Of a stretch of DNA of 64,000 nucleotides, positions 14,247 to 27,075 are shown piece after piece (position 1 is the stretch's first letter; every line of letters starts with the position of its first letter). A program made the position numbers and the translations under genes. The notes under the pieces are model-generated. The model searched no databases, had not been told where the DNA came from, and saw nothing but the letters and a program-made list of their open reading frames with translations. The DNA is from Octopus vulgaris (Eukaryota), in the NCBI GenBank assembly GCA_951406725.2, contig OX597815.1:60698001-60762000 (forward strand), in the 5' to 3' direction.

Positions 14247-16329
14247 ATGTCTAAGCCTTGGTCCGAGGAAACACATTTCTGAGGGTAGGGAGAGGGAGTC
14301 AATTGAATTATCGATCTCTGCTTATTTTATTAAACCTCCTCTTACTTTATAAAGATGAATGTTACAGTCAAGCTCAGTTGAATTTGAACTCAACGGATGT
14401 ACATAAATAGCCCTTGACATTACACCGGGAACTAATGATTCAGTTACATTCTACATTGGTCCAAACTTATAAATTATAGGTAAGGGATATGATCGGCGAC
14501 GGAGTTGGGTGGGTGCATCCAGAGGAGTTTAAGATAACACATAAAGGGGCCACTCAGAGAAAAGTCAATGGAGAGGTATCAGGTAAGACCGGAAAGGTTA
14601 TCTGCCCATTGACACAGTATGATACATAATACAGCTAAATATAAATAATGCATTGAATCGGTCGGGGCCCGATGGCTGGTGACCGAAAAGACTGAGACGG
14701 TTAGGAGGTGTACACTTGCTGCCTACCTATAACTTCCTTACACTATCGACTTTTGATGGATAAATCTATTTTGTCCCTACTGTTGTTGGAATGACTTGTT
14801 GGCTGCTTCTTATTTTTATATTATTTTTTGTAGCAAGCCAAGAGACCAAGTTGTGTCCCCACATTGGTAAACATGTGTCATTGCGGTGGATTAACAGAAT
14901 CAGTAGATTATCTGTCGAACACACTGTTTTGCTTTATTTACCCAGCTCTTTATATTCTAGTTTACAATCCTGCCGAGGTCAAATTTGGCTTTATTTATCA
15001 ATCTTGGAAGAGGATCAATAAAAAATAAAGTTGCTATCCAATATTCGAGCCTTTATCATTGCTTACTCTATCCCTGCCGTCAAATTTATGGCTTTGTTAA
15101 GCAAGCTAAAAGCGGTGCTTAGAAAATGCACCCTAAACAACGGCAAGAATTATCTTCAAACATTCCTTCAAAGGTAAGCACGAAGGTTGTGTTATCAGAG
15201 CTAGAGCGCATATTCTAAAACTTGAGGGAATGAAAGCTGTTCGATGGACCCCGTTGGCAGAGATGCAACATGGCGACAAAGCTACAATTCGGATAGGGAG
15301 AAACATGTGCCACACGATTCCAAGCAGATGTGCGCGGCTTTTCAGTGGCACTTCGCTATACTATTTGGGCTGGACGGTGGATCGGAGACGAAGGTGAACT
15401 TTACTGCTTCCCTTGATGGCCCGCTGTGACTCTCGAATTGGGATGCGGAGTTCTGGAAAAAGCCGAGAACAGCTGATGGAATATGGAAAGCGGTGGTGGG
15501 CTATGCGATGAAGTCACCAGAGTTGGATAGTATATCCTACGAGATTTATCGGATCTTTCTGTTTGGCTGCCACTTTTCAATTTCTTCAGTTTTGTTCCAT
15601 TTGATTTCATATTTGGTGTATTGATGTAGTTCTGAATGGTAATTATTGATAGGAAAGTCATTTTTGCCGTACATCAATGTATAAAGAGTTAATAGCGTTT
15701 AAAGTTTGCAAATGTTTGGTAATTTTAGCCACTCGAAAGCCACAGACATATAGGTACCTATTTCCATAGTAACAAGCCAAGATGTTACCAAGCTTCTCAC
15801 TCGTCTGCTGCTGTCCTATCCAGCCTCATGGGCATTTTTGCTTATTAAATGCTTAAAACATGAGGAGGTCATGAGATGTACTAAATATAACAGCTAAAGA
15901 GATCTTAAAGTCACGCACCAATTTTTAAAATTTTCTTTGTTTTTTGCATAATCGTATGAATTCCTGTGTGTAGAAAACAAATTCTCAAAAAATTTCTGAG
16001 AATTCAAAATAATAAAAAGTTATGAGGTGTTATATGGCGAGCATAAAGCAGAATTCCGCCAATATTTCATTTGTTTACAGTTTGATATTAAAATGTGCTT
16101 TCGTTTCAATGTTGACAACACGTGCAGTCACACAAAATGACAGCTTCCAAATCTTGTTTTCTGACCGGATAAAAATGATTAAACTTTAAACTTCTGAAAC
16201 TTTTTTAAAATATTTTTTGTAACTGGTGAATTAGGCCGTCAGATTCAAGATGGAAAAATTACATCAGTTCATCAAATTTGAAAATTGTCACTTACTTTTT
16301 AAATTTCAAAAGTGCAGTCAAACTGAAGA

Positions 16330-16615
16330 GACCCTCTTTATGTTCATATCTCAAACGTGTTCAAGGGTCTCTTGGCAGATGTCTGCAACAGGCAACAGAA
16401 CGTGAGAATTCTCAGTCCTGCGAAAAGAGGTGTGCTGGTGCTGCTGGGAAAGAACCCGAAAAGGGGGGTTCATTTTAACAACTTTAAGCCCTATTTGCTG
16501 AAAGATTGGCGCTATCGTCGATATTCTGATAGGTGAGGTACATATATGTGCCATACCAAACACTTCTACTCCCGACAACCTCTACCTCATACGATACATT
16601 ATTGAAACTATAGAT
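16330..16615 (+). mobile_element. Tx1/L1 RT fragment
   Basis: GEVHICAIPN..DNLYLIRYIIE matches GEVQTCAITNRSIYDILLFMHHIIE of the 12505 ORF. Confidence 0.65.
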
Positions 16616-17781
16616 ATCTGACAATTTATTCGTGTTGTTGATGTATGACCCATCACCACCACCACCACCACCACCACTACAAATCAGCCTCGATCAACCA
16701 AACACCTGATCAAAGGCAATCTTAATTATGACCATAAGTATCTAATTTGTCCTTCAGGTTTCTTTCTAAAGAGTAATTTGAGAGCTTTGACTGCTGTTTC
16801 TAGCAAAATGTGCAACTACACAGTGGCTCTGTCGCTTCTTGCTGTCGTTATTGTTACTGTTGTTGTTATTGTATGAGTTTGGTTCTTGTTGTTGTGAGTT
16901 TTATTATAGCTGCTTCTTCTGTTGTTGTTACTGTCAGTGACGGCAGAGTTGGAGGTGGTGGTTGTCCGCATCTACGACTATACCATACCGTCACCAATGG
17001 CAACGTCCGACATGATTGGCGGCGAGTGGCGGTGTGCAATGAAGTGTGACCATTGTCGATAAAGTGCAGTTAGCCGTAAAGTGGGCTGTGAAACGAAGCG
17101 TGACTAAAGGCCTGTATCAGATGGATCGGAATAAAGAGAAGCAAGACAGGAGAGAAAAAGAGGGAAAGTGGAGAGAGGGAGAGAGAGAGGTAGTAAAAGA
17201 GGGAGAGAAATAGAACAGGGCAAGAGAAAATGAGTGAGAGAGACACAAAGACAGGCAGACAGATAGATAGATAGAGAGAAAACAAGAAAGAGAAAGGGGA
17301 ATTATACAGAATGAATAGGAAAGATAGAAAAGAGAATCAGAGAGAATGGTGAAAGGAGAGAAACAAAAGAAGAGAGAGAGGCAGAGAGAAGGAGAGAAAG
17401 AGAGAGAGAGAGAGAAATCGAAGGAAAGATGTGGTTTATACAAAATAAGCAAAAAGAGTATGAACCGAGGGGAACAAAGGGAGAGAGCAAAAACAAAAAA
17501 TCAAAGTGAAAGAGAAACGTAGAGAGAAGAAATGGGAAGAAAGCGTTTGTGTGTAAAGGAGGAGTGGTAGGCGTGGGTAGAGAAGTAATTCTATAGAAAA
17601 TGGTGTGTGTGTATCTTTGGGTGTGCGTGAATGTATTCGATTGCTTCCGTATTATGCTGTTTTTCTCGTTTTAAATGCTCATACACACATACATGTACGT
17701 ACACATGCATATGCACACCCACATACACAAACACACATACGCGCACATATACACATACGGACAGATACATACACAATCATT

Positions 17782-17979
17782 CTTTATGCTTGTTTCGGTC
17801 ACTATACTGCGGTCATGCTGGGGCACTGTTTTGATGGGTCTGGTCGAACAAATCGACCCCAGTACTCATTTTAAATAAGGTGCTTATTATATTGGTCAAC
17901 TTATTACCGAATCGCTAGATAAGGAAATATAAACAAACCAGCACCGGTTGTCAAGTCATTGCATAATAGACACACAGAC

Positions 17980-17985
<6 letters not shown>
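17782..17985 (-). mobile_element. SINE family A, 3' half
   Basis: Similar to 22540-22730. Confidence 0.7.
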
Positions 17986-18030
<45 letters not shown>

Positions 18031-18165
18031 TTATGTATCAAAATCAAAATAAGTACTAGAGGTGATTTGTTCGACGACTGGGAGCACCAGTATGGCTGTA
18101 GTGTAAAAATATCTGTGCATGCGTGCGTGTGTGTGTGTGTGTGTGTGTGTTTCAATAAAATAAAG

Positions 18166-18300
18166 TGTGTGAGACCGTGGTTAAAAAGTTGGCTTTGCAA
18201 CCACATGCTGTCAGGTTCAGTCCCATTACGCGGTACCTTGGTCAAACGTCTTCCTTTATACCTTCGGGTGTACCAATGCCTCGTGAGGGAAATTTTGTAG
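18166..18300 (+). mobile_element. SINE family A head, diverged
   Basis: caaccacatg..ggttcagtccca..accttgg matches 22317-22460. Confidence 0.65.
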
Positions 18301-18420
18301 AGAGGGTGTATTCCAATGCATCGAAGTTCGATGATGGTTTAGCTGGCCGGAACTTCGAAGTCACTATCATTACTAGACTGGTAAAATAATATAGTATAGG
18401 TAGTGTAATGGTAAGCATCC

Positions 18421-18492
18421 TCCTCGGTAGTATACTGGTAAATATCTCCGTCTGTTACGCGGAAGGTCGGGGTTCGATTCGCCACCAGGGAA
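18421..18492 (+). pseudogene. tRNA-Asp-derived pseudogene (anticodon GTC mutated to GTT)
   Basis: tcctcggtagtatactggtaaatatctccgtctGTTacgcggaaggtcggggttcgattcgcc closely follows the eukaryotic tRNA-Asp(GTC) sequence, with stem mismatches. Confidence 0.75.
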
Positions 18493-18515
18493 ACACGCCT
18501 GCGCCCATTCTCATA

Positions 18516-19470
18516 GGCGCAGGTGTGGTTGTACAGTAAGAAGCTTAGTTCTCAACCACATGGTTCCGAGTTCAATCCCACTGCGTGGCACCTTGGGTTA
18601 GTGTCTTCTACTATAGCCTTGGGCCGACCAAAGCCTTATAAGTGGATCTGGTAGACGGAAATTTAAATAAGCCAGTCGTGTATGTGTGTGTATGTATGTG
18701 TACTAGCTGTTGAACCCGGCGTTGTTCGTGTTTTCCGTGTTGAAGTTAAGCCCACCTCTCACCTTGTATTGAAATCGTCTACGTTCCCCGTGCCAACTAT
18801 TACTCACTAAGATGATATATCTGGTTCGTCAGACTGTTGCATGATGAGTAGATGTGTGGCAGGGGGGGGAATGGTCAGAGCAGGCGATAGAATTCTGTTG
18901 GTGGAAAGGAGATATTGCAGCTGACGACTGCACCCACTGGTGCAGAGGACACAAATGTAAATAAGCATTTCCTTAGAGACTATTCTAGCGATTTTGTTGA
19001 AATTTTTCACGTGAAGAAATGCAAAAGTTGCAGGAAAAATAACATCCTTATGGGGAATTTCCATTCAAACACCCGATTGAGCTCACAAAAATAGATGCCA
19101 ACTGAGCATTATTGAGTTATCGAAAAATTCTGGCCTTATTTGAACTTCAGGGCATGTGATCTACCTATGTGCCAAAATCATTAAAATCGGTTGGACGGTG
19201 TAGGAGGAGTTAGAATAACCCCAACTACACACACAGACAGGCACCATTACACATTTATGTACATAGATATATGTATGTGTGTGTGTCTTTGTAGCTGTTT
19301 GTCCCCCCATCACTGCTTGCCAACCGGAAAAAGAGACCGATAGAATAACTACTAAGCTTTAAAAAAAATGACCTGTGGTCGATTTGTTTGACTAAAAACC
19401 CTTCTAGGCGGTGTTCCAGCATGGCTGCAATCAAATGACTGAAATAAGTAAAAGGTGAAAGAAAAGATAA
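18516..19470 (+). mobile_element. SINE family A copy split by a Helitron insertion
   Basis: Head 18516-18700 and tail 19270-19470 match the intact copy at 22317-22730. Confidence 0.8.
18703..19267 (-). mobile_element. Non-autonomous Helitron-like element
   Basis: Minus strand begins TC and ends CTAG between host A|T, with no TSD. It has a degenerate GC-rich subterminal hairpin and an acag microsatellite near the 5' end. Confidence 0.7.
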
Positions 19471-19479
19471 AATGTATGT

Positions 19480-21990
19480 CAGGTCACTTGTGAAGCTCTC
19501 GTGAGTGCTACTGGCAACATAGAACCCAGTACAACTAAACCGGCACCTCCACCAGGCCAGCCTGGTGAGGACAGTTGCTACAAACCCAGCAGGACAAAAA
19601 GCAAGACCTTGTAAAAAGGCCGGATGAACCTAGTTCAGGTTCAAAGACCACCTAGTAATAGCATGGGCACCCAAAAATTCCGGGATAGTGTCCAGCGTGC
19701 TGGGAGATCAATGGGAGTGAGGCACCCTTAGCTCTTGTTGAAGCATGTCTCTAGGAGAAGGCTACTCTGATATATAACAAGATATGCAGGGAATGACATT
19801 GGACATTTGGGGGGTCTTTTGCCTATGCTTGAGATCATGGCATTCCTTCATCTCTGAGCCTGCATGCAATTCATATTGGCACCAAAAATTTTGCCTCAGC
19901 TTGTCTCTGGATAATATCAATAGAGTGGAGGAGGTCTGTGAAGTGTCGTACAAGCTTTATTGGACCTAAAACTTTGCATAGGCATTGCTGACTTTTTTCA
20001 TTTACATGTGCCTGCTTCTTTCTCTCTCTTTTTTATATATGTATTTATGTATTTTTGTATTCGGAAGTCCTACGGCGATGGGAAGGTGGCGAAGCATGCA
20101 GACCTGACGGGTTGGAAGCATGTAGTCAGCGACCTGCTCGTAGGTGGCCCATCCTAGATATAAAGTCGTCTCCTTGTCACCCAAGACAGCGATGTGATTC
20201 GATTGCTGCATGAGTGTCTAAGCAGCTCCATTTGGGAAGGGCACTGCTAATCCAGAGGCCGGGGAGGTTCTAGAAAGGGTGAACCAAAAATTGTCTATCT
20301 TTCTTTATTTGGTCAGTTTAGCGCGACTGACGGATGTCCATCCTGCACTCGAAAAGCAAAGAGAATACTTATAAAATCTGGTTGGAACTTGAATATTCCT
20401 TGCTGGAATGTGCGCTCTCTGTTGGATAACAAGAGTGGCTATTGGCCTGAAAGACGCATTGTACTTTTTGATCGCGAGCTGAACCGTTACAACACTTATG
20501 TAGCTGCACTTTCAGAGACTCGTGTAGAAGGTGATGGTCAGCTGGAGGAAGTAGGAGGTGGATACACCTTTTTTTTTTTTTTGGAAGGGGAAACCGAAGG
20601 AGGACCGCAAAGAGGCCAGTAATGGCCTTGCAGTTCGATCTGAAATCCTTAAGAAGTTGATGAAGTTTCCTATTTCTATAAACGGTCGTCTAATGACTCT
20701 ACGTTTGTACCTGGGAGGTGGGCGGTTTGCTACTTTAATAAGTTTGTTACTTTGACCAGTTGTGATGAAGATAAAACTATTCTTTATACCCAGCTGAGAG
20801 CCATACGCAGGAATATCTTCAATTCTGATAAAGTCATTCTACTGGGGTATTTCCAATATCAGGGTTGGAACAGATTGGCAGACGGAGAACTCTCTTCGAC
20901 GTTTTGGTATAGGGAAGATGAATAACAATGCTCTAATACTTCTGGGGATTTGCGAGGAATACGGACTTTACATAGCAAGCACTCATTTTATGTACAAAGG
21001 TTATCACACAACAACGTGGATGCACTCAAGGTCTAAAGTTTGGCACTTGTTGGATTATGTTATCATTTGCAAGTGTGACATCCATGACATTTGTAATGTC
21101 AAGTCCTTTCATGGTTCGGAGAGCTGGACGGACCATAGCCTGGTGCGAGCAAAGTTCTGGATGATAATCAAAATGAAAAAAGAAGAGGGACAGTTGGCAT
21201 TTTCGAGACCAGGTTTTCCGATGTGTTACTGAAACACTAAGATATGCTACTGCCAGATGCAGAGACTGGTTTGATGAAAATGATGCTGAAGTTCAGTGAC
21301 TTGTGGTCGTAAAGCGCTATGCCCACAGTGTATTAATGCACAGGGGATTTACAATTGTGCAGCGAAATCTAGCACTTGCCCACTGCAGCAGTGTAAAATC
21401 ACTACTGCAACGATCTCTCAGGAAGATGCAGAATACCTGGTGGGAGGATCTTGCTTGTGGTGTTCAGGCCACTGCTGATGCAAATGACAGCAAGAAGCTT
21501 CACCATCTTATAAAGGAAGTTTATGGGCCTAAGAGCTCTGCATCAGCTCCTCTGCTCTTTTTACCAAATCAACAGAGATACCAGGTCATTGGTTCATTTT
21601 TCTGAACTCCTAAATTGTGAGTCAGTTGTAGACGAAGCAGTGATTGATACTATGCAACAGAGACCTGCCATTGGCTTCTTAAATTCTAAGCTCTCAATAG
21701 ATGCGGTAATGACAGGAATAAGTAAATTGAATATTGGAAGGGAGGCACCTGGTAAGGATAGTATTTGTGCTGAGGTCCTTCATGAATTTGTCCTTTCATG
21801 AATTTGTAGTCTGGAGGGATGGGGCAATGCCCAAGGACTGGAAGGATGCAATTATTCTTCCTGTCTATAAACTAAAGGGAGCCAGAATAGAGTGTGGCAA
21901 CTACAGAAGTATTGCTCTACTATTAGCTGCTGGCAAGTTTCTGGCAAGTATTTCTTCTTACCCGACTGAATAGGTGTCTTGTAAATGATG

Positions 21991-21993
<3 letters not shown>
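19480..21993 (+). mobile_element. RTE-clade LINE, 5' region plus APE endonuclease to start of RT, 3'-truncated
   Basis: WNVRSLLD, VAALSETR, GYTFFWKG, TWMHSRSKVWHLLDYVI, TDHSLV, APGKDSI and DWKDAIILPVYK..GNYRSIALL. Confidence 0.88.
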
Positions 21994-22077
<84 letters not shown>

Positions 22078-22079
22078 AA

Positions 22080-22302
22080 TATATAAACACAAAATGCACA
22101 ACTGTTTCGGTGGTATTTCATTGACGCATTGTTAGATTATATCATTGCGAAAATTTTGTATGTTTCTGTGTTTAAAATTTACCTGATGATGGTGAGTTTT
22201 TGCTATGATGTAATCTAAGAATTCATCAATGAAATGCTACTGAAACAGTGATAAATTTTGAACCCTGTTTCCGTTCTTATTTATGTGTGTGTATTTGAGT
22301 TC
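22080..22302 (+). mobile_element. (TA)n-flanked short element with decayed hammerhead motif (22174-22259)
   Basis: aaaatttac-CTGATGA-...-GAAAC-aGTg-ataaatttt. Confidence 0.45.
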
Positions 22303-22316
22303 TATATATATATATA

Positions 22317-22730
22317 GGCGCAGGAGTGGCTGTGTGGTAGGTAGCTTGTTTACCAACCACATGGTTCCGGGTTCAGTCCCACTGCGTGGCACCTTGGGCA
22401 AGTGTCTTCTACTATAGCCTCGGGCCGAACAAAGCCTTGTGAGTGGATTTGGTAGACGGAAACTGAAAGAAGCCCGTCGTATATATGTATATATATATAT
22501 GCGTGTGTGTGTTTGTGTGTCTGTGTTCGTCCCCCTAGCATTGCTTGACAACCGATGTTGGTGTGTTTATGTCCCCGTTACTTAGCGGTTCGGCAAAAGA
22601 GATCGATATAATAAGTAGTGGGCTTACAAAAGAATAAGTCCCAGGGTCGAGTTGCTCGATTAAAGGCGGTGCTCCAGCATGGCCGCAGTCAAATGACTGA
22701 AACAAGTAAAAGAGTAAAAAGAGTTAAGAG
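22317..22730 (+). mobile_element. SINE family A, full length (tRNA-like head, internal microsatellite, (GTAAAAGA)n-type tail)
   Basis: A-box-like tggctgtgtgg and B-box-like ggttcagtccc; at least 10 homologous copies in the window. Confidence 0.92.
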
Positions 22731-22759
22731 TATATATATATATACTTAAAAAAACGTTG

Positions 22760-24185
22760 CTGGCTATGGGCGGCGAGATTCTTCAGACTCGTTGGCCGAA
22801 GGAACATAACCTCTATTCAATTGGAGGTAGGAGAAAGTCTTAAAAACCCAGAGTTAACACAAAAATTCTGAAACAAAATTCTACTGAGAGACAAACGTTC
22901 TGGGTGAGATGAAGTTATTGCCCTTAGATCGGTTCCAGTTTCATCTTAAAAAATCAGCATATGGCCGATTGCCGTTCGCTACTCGGCAAGCAGGGAATTT
23001 CATATTTTCTGCATGGATTTCCGCCGACTAAATATTTCACTCTTGGAAGTTAAAAAGGTTCCCGGATCGAGCAAGTTATTCAGGTTCCTTGTTCTCTCGG
23101 TCAAGCAAAGTGTATATAGTTTGCTCCTGTTAAAGTACAGTCCAGAGTATTTTCGGAGCTTCCGTTTAATTTTGTATAGCATACCTTCTTTTAAATGCCA
23201 TACTTAACTGGAAAACGACGTAACGTTGCGCCCCTCTGAGATCCTAAAAAGCGACCTGTGATTGTTAAAACGTTGTTTGAAGGGTTCCTATGTAGCTCCA
23301 ACATATTTTCGTATGTTGAGCTGGTGGTGCTACACCAACAAATCGTCAACAACACATCCGGCAGTAACAGCAACAGCGACAACGACTACAGCAGCGGCGG
23401 CGGCGATAACAGTACCAGCAACACTTCCGGTAGCAACGGCAACAACGGCAGCGACAACAACAGCTATAATAGCAGCAGCAGCTCTAACAACGCGTTCGAC
23501 AGTAACAACAGAGGCAGCGATGGCGGCAGCAACAGCAACAACTGTAGGACCAGCAAGAACAACAACAACGGCAGTTGTACCAACAGCAATAGCAGCTGCA
23601 CCAGCGACGTGTCCGACAGTAACGGTAGTGATACCAGGAGCAACAACAACATACTGCAACACCACCAGCAAAAAAAAGAGTGTTTACATTGCTGAACTTC
23701 AAGGCGAATTAAATGAGGGCTTATGTTGTTCATCATTTTTGGAATTGTCTAATCTGTCAATATTTTCTCTCCATAGAATGAAATAATCTTCTAGAAACAC
23801 CTTCCAGTTTTCTTCTTAAAAATGGCTGAATTCTCCAAAAATTTCAGAGAAATTTTTAGATTTTCATTTCATAGAATCTCATGACGATGCTGAGGCAACT
23901 TTTGTTCCCATGACCACTCTTGACTTTTGTCGATAGGCTCTGTTTACCGAATATGAAGTAGTTGTTCTCGAAAATGAATTGGCGATCATCAACAATAGAT
24001 TTTCTATCTATGCGTTCTGGTATTCCATAGTTGTAATTTTTCTTGTTAATTGATTGTATAGGATGGGTTACGGTGAGTAACATATAAACACAATACTGAT
24101 ATAGAGTGAATGTCAAAATCTCTGTGCCACAATATTTAGCATGTCTTAAGTGAATTTTTTGTGATGTCTGTAAGACAATATGTAT
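22760..24185 (-). mobile_element. Degenerate Penelope-like element (RT and GIY-YIG relics) interrupted by a trinucleotide repeat
   Basis: FIFENNYFIFG followed by VVMGTKVA resembles the PLE RT motif. The downstream part is only weakly recognisable. Confidence 0.55.
23330..23670. repeat. Degenerate (CAG/CAA/CGG)n repeat
   Basis: Directly visible; gives overlapping low-complexity ORFs on both strands. Confidence 0.85.
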
Positions 24186-24240
24186 AGTTATATATTTATA
24201 TTTGTATGTAAACGCCAAGATACGCCTTTGTAAATGTATG

Positions 24241-24332
<92 letters not shown>

Positions 24333-25819
24333 AATATATACATATGATAGGTTAGGTGTGGTACTGATGAAACAGCAATAATTCTTGAAATATACACATA
24401 CAACCATTAACTATTTTTTAATATTTTCGATCGCATTGTTTACATAGACGTCGTAGCTCTCGGTGTTGGTTCTGAATTCTATAGAAAATCGGTAGCGATA
24501 AACTTTAAAATACATACAAAAGTATTATACATAGACACACATACATGCATGTTTTTGTGTGTGTGTATATAAGAATGAGTGAATATGTGGATGTACGTGG
24601 CATGTGTAGTTATGTATCATTAGCGACATCAATTGAGCATTTACACCAGTGTTAGGCCAAGTCTGAATGACATCGCTTAGGTTTTACAGACAAGTTGTTA
24701 CGATAAAACACACACACACACATACACACACACACACACGCAATCTGGAAAGCAACAATTTGTTTTGGAAGCAGGGTTGAATTCTAGGTACTTTTTGTTT
24801 CATTTCTTTTTTCTGTTTTTCAGGATCTATACTCGGTTCGTGAGAGAGAGAAAGTGTTAAGGCAAAAAATTTTAATAACCTTTGTTGATGTAGAAAATGA
24901 AGTTTTACACGAGGCTTTTACATAGTCAGTGTGTAATTGCCATTGAAAGACATGGAAGGATATTACAAATACCTGTATTTGTCTATATTGTTCATATATA
25001 TGCTATATATATGCCATTAGCCACCTTCAGTTATTTTGTTTAACCTATTTTTGATTAATTTGACCCATAAAGGTGTTCAACTCTTTCCTTTTTGTTTTTG
25101 CTTTTGTTTAAGTCTAAATTCTTTGGTAACTGGAGACAAGGTCAGATAAGTGTTGTGCTGATGACACCTATTAATGCAGAAGCACGTGTCCACGACTGCA
25201 GACAATACGCCTCTCCTTTTTCCTAATGACATATGAATTTGGGAAGATTCTTGAGTCTTGAGGTTATCCTCCACTTCTTAAATGAAGCTGTTCTCAATTA
25301 CCACCTGGTAATTATCGCCTGTCTTCTGAAGGTGGAGATAATTTTAATAAATCACGAATTTACGTTGTATGCTATTTGATATACTTGTATTTGTATACAT
25401 TGTTCTTATATTCGCCACTAGCCACTCCGAGAAATTTCTCTGAGCTCATTTTTGTTTAATATGTATGTGTGTCGGAGGGAGAGAAAAGGTGAAGAAGAGA
25501 GACTGACCGACAGATTTTAAAACGTGGCATCCTGTAAACTAGTCTATGCAAAAAATTGTAAAAAAATGCCCAAAACTGTAAAAAAGCTCAAAATAAGGGC
25601 TACAAATATTGTAAATATTGTTTTGTTTCTTTTTTTAGAAACAAGTTGTAAATCTGGTGTAGGCGCTAAACAAAGCACAACTTCAAATGATTTAATCCTT
25701 CAAAATAGCCCGTGGTCTTCCATACTGTTCATCTTTTGTATGTCTGCGTATGAGATTCGCTGTATTTGTTCATATTTCGCTACATATTGACTCTCAATGA
25801 ATTACATAAATTGTGTATA

Positions 25820-26233
25820 GGCGCAGGAGTGGCTGTGCGGTAAGTAGCTTGCTAACCAACCACATGGTTGCGGGTTCAGTCTCACTGCGTGGCATCTTGG
25901 GCAAGTGTCTTCTGCTATAGCCCCGGGCCGACCAATGCCTTGTGAGTGAATTTGGTAGACGGAAACTGAAAGAAGCCTGTCGTATATATGTATATATATA
26001 TATGTGTGTGTGTGTTTGTGTGTCTGTGTTTGTCCCCCTAGCATTGCTTGACAACCGATGCTGGTGTGTTTACGTCCCCGTCACTTAGCGGTTCGGCAAA
26101 AAGAGACCGATAGAATAAGTACTGGGCTTACAAAAAATAAGTCCCGGGGTCGATTTGATCGACTAAAGGCGGTGCTCCAGCATGGTCGCAGTCAAATGAC
26201 TGAAACAAGTAAAAGAGTAAAAGAGTAAAAGAG
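25820..26233 (+). mobile_element. SINE family A, full length
   Basis: High identity to 22317-22730. Confidence 0.92.
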
Positions 26234-26595
26234 TATACATATGTGTTGTGCGCACGTGTGTGTGTTTGTGCGTGTGTATATCTACATACATACGTTTAAA
26301 TACATATATTTTCTATATCTTCAGTAGGGAAGAAAAGTGAGAATGAGAGATCAAGACCACATTTGATGGATAATCATATACTTTATATGTGGATTTTCAA
26401 TGCTACCACTGGTTTCAAAGAAAAAGATTCGCAGTTTTTAAGCGTTCCAATTAAGGTGGTTGGTAATATATATATATATATATATATAGAAATTCGGGGT
26501 GAGTACTTGATAATTATAAGCACCTGTGTATACCGTTTGGTGGTGTAGGTGGTGGAGTAAATTGATCAAAATAAAAACATGATGTCAAGGATTCA

Positions 26596-26673
26596 GCGGT
26601 ACATATGTTTCGGGCCTTTATTAGACAGATTTATAACAATGCATAATGTATGTCTGTGGCCTTCTTCAGCCGC
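26596..26673 (-). ncRNA. Type I hammerhead motif (left arm of palindrome)
   Basis: Reverse complement of 26896-26973. Confidence 0.7.
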
Positions 26674-26895
26674 GCACAACAGCTTCCACAAGGACATGTG
26701 TTACATCAAAAATTCTTGGTTGGGGATGCAAATCCTCTCATTCGCGTACGACATAATGCGGCAACAGCATAGAATTGAAGAGATGGACGCTTCAATTCTA
26801 TGCTGTTGCCGCATTATGTCGTACGCGAATGAGAGGATTTGCATCCCCAACCAAGAATTTTGATGTAACACATGTCCTTGTGGAAGCTGTTGTGC

Positions 26896-26973
26896 GCGGC
26901 TGAAGAAGGCCACATACATACATTATGCATTGTTATAAATCTGTCTAATAAAGGCCCGAAACATATGTACCGC
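26896..26973 (+). ncRNA. Type I hammerhead motif (right arm of palindrome)
   Basis: gcgg-CTGAAGA-aggcc..(long loop)..ggccc-GAAAC-atat-GTA-ccgc, with palindromic stem III ACATATGT. Confidence 0.7.
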
Positions 26974-27004
26974 TGAATCCTTGACATCATGTTTTTATTT
27001 TGAT

Positions 27005-27068
<64 letters not shown>

Positions 27069-27075
27069 AATAAGT

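Larger units (their letters stand above)
26561..27008. repeat. Near-perfect long inverted repeat (arms 26561-26780 and 26790-27008, 9-bp spacer)
   Basis: Arms are reverse complements, with one substitution and one 1-bp indel seen by eye. Confidence 0.97.

Noticed and set aside
15100-16340. Possible piggyBac-like (aaagagTTAA at ~15683-15692) and TTAAAG-bounded DNA-transposon ends
   Set aside because: No matching second terminus or transposase motif found.
23258-23786. Long S/N-rich and A/T-rich ORFs
   Set aside because: Products of a degenerate CAG/CAA repeat that is open in most frames on both strands.
24790-24925. Strong polypyrimidine tract plus CAG acceptor at 24821-24823 (similar one at 25637-25638)
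   Set aside because: Downstream frames are short and unrecognisable with no convincing donor; unsupported without transcript data.
24943-24965. tgaaagacatgg, resembling the 5' end of miR-71
   Set aside because: The match stops after 12 nt, no precursor hairpin was seen and there are no miR-2 cluster neighbours.
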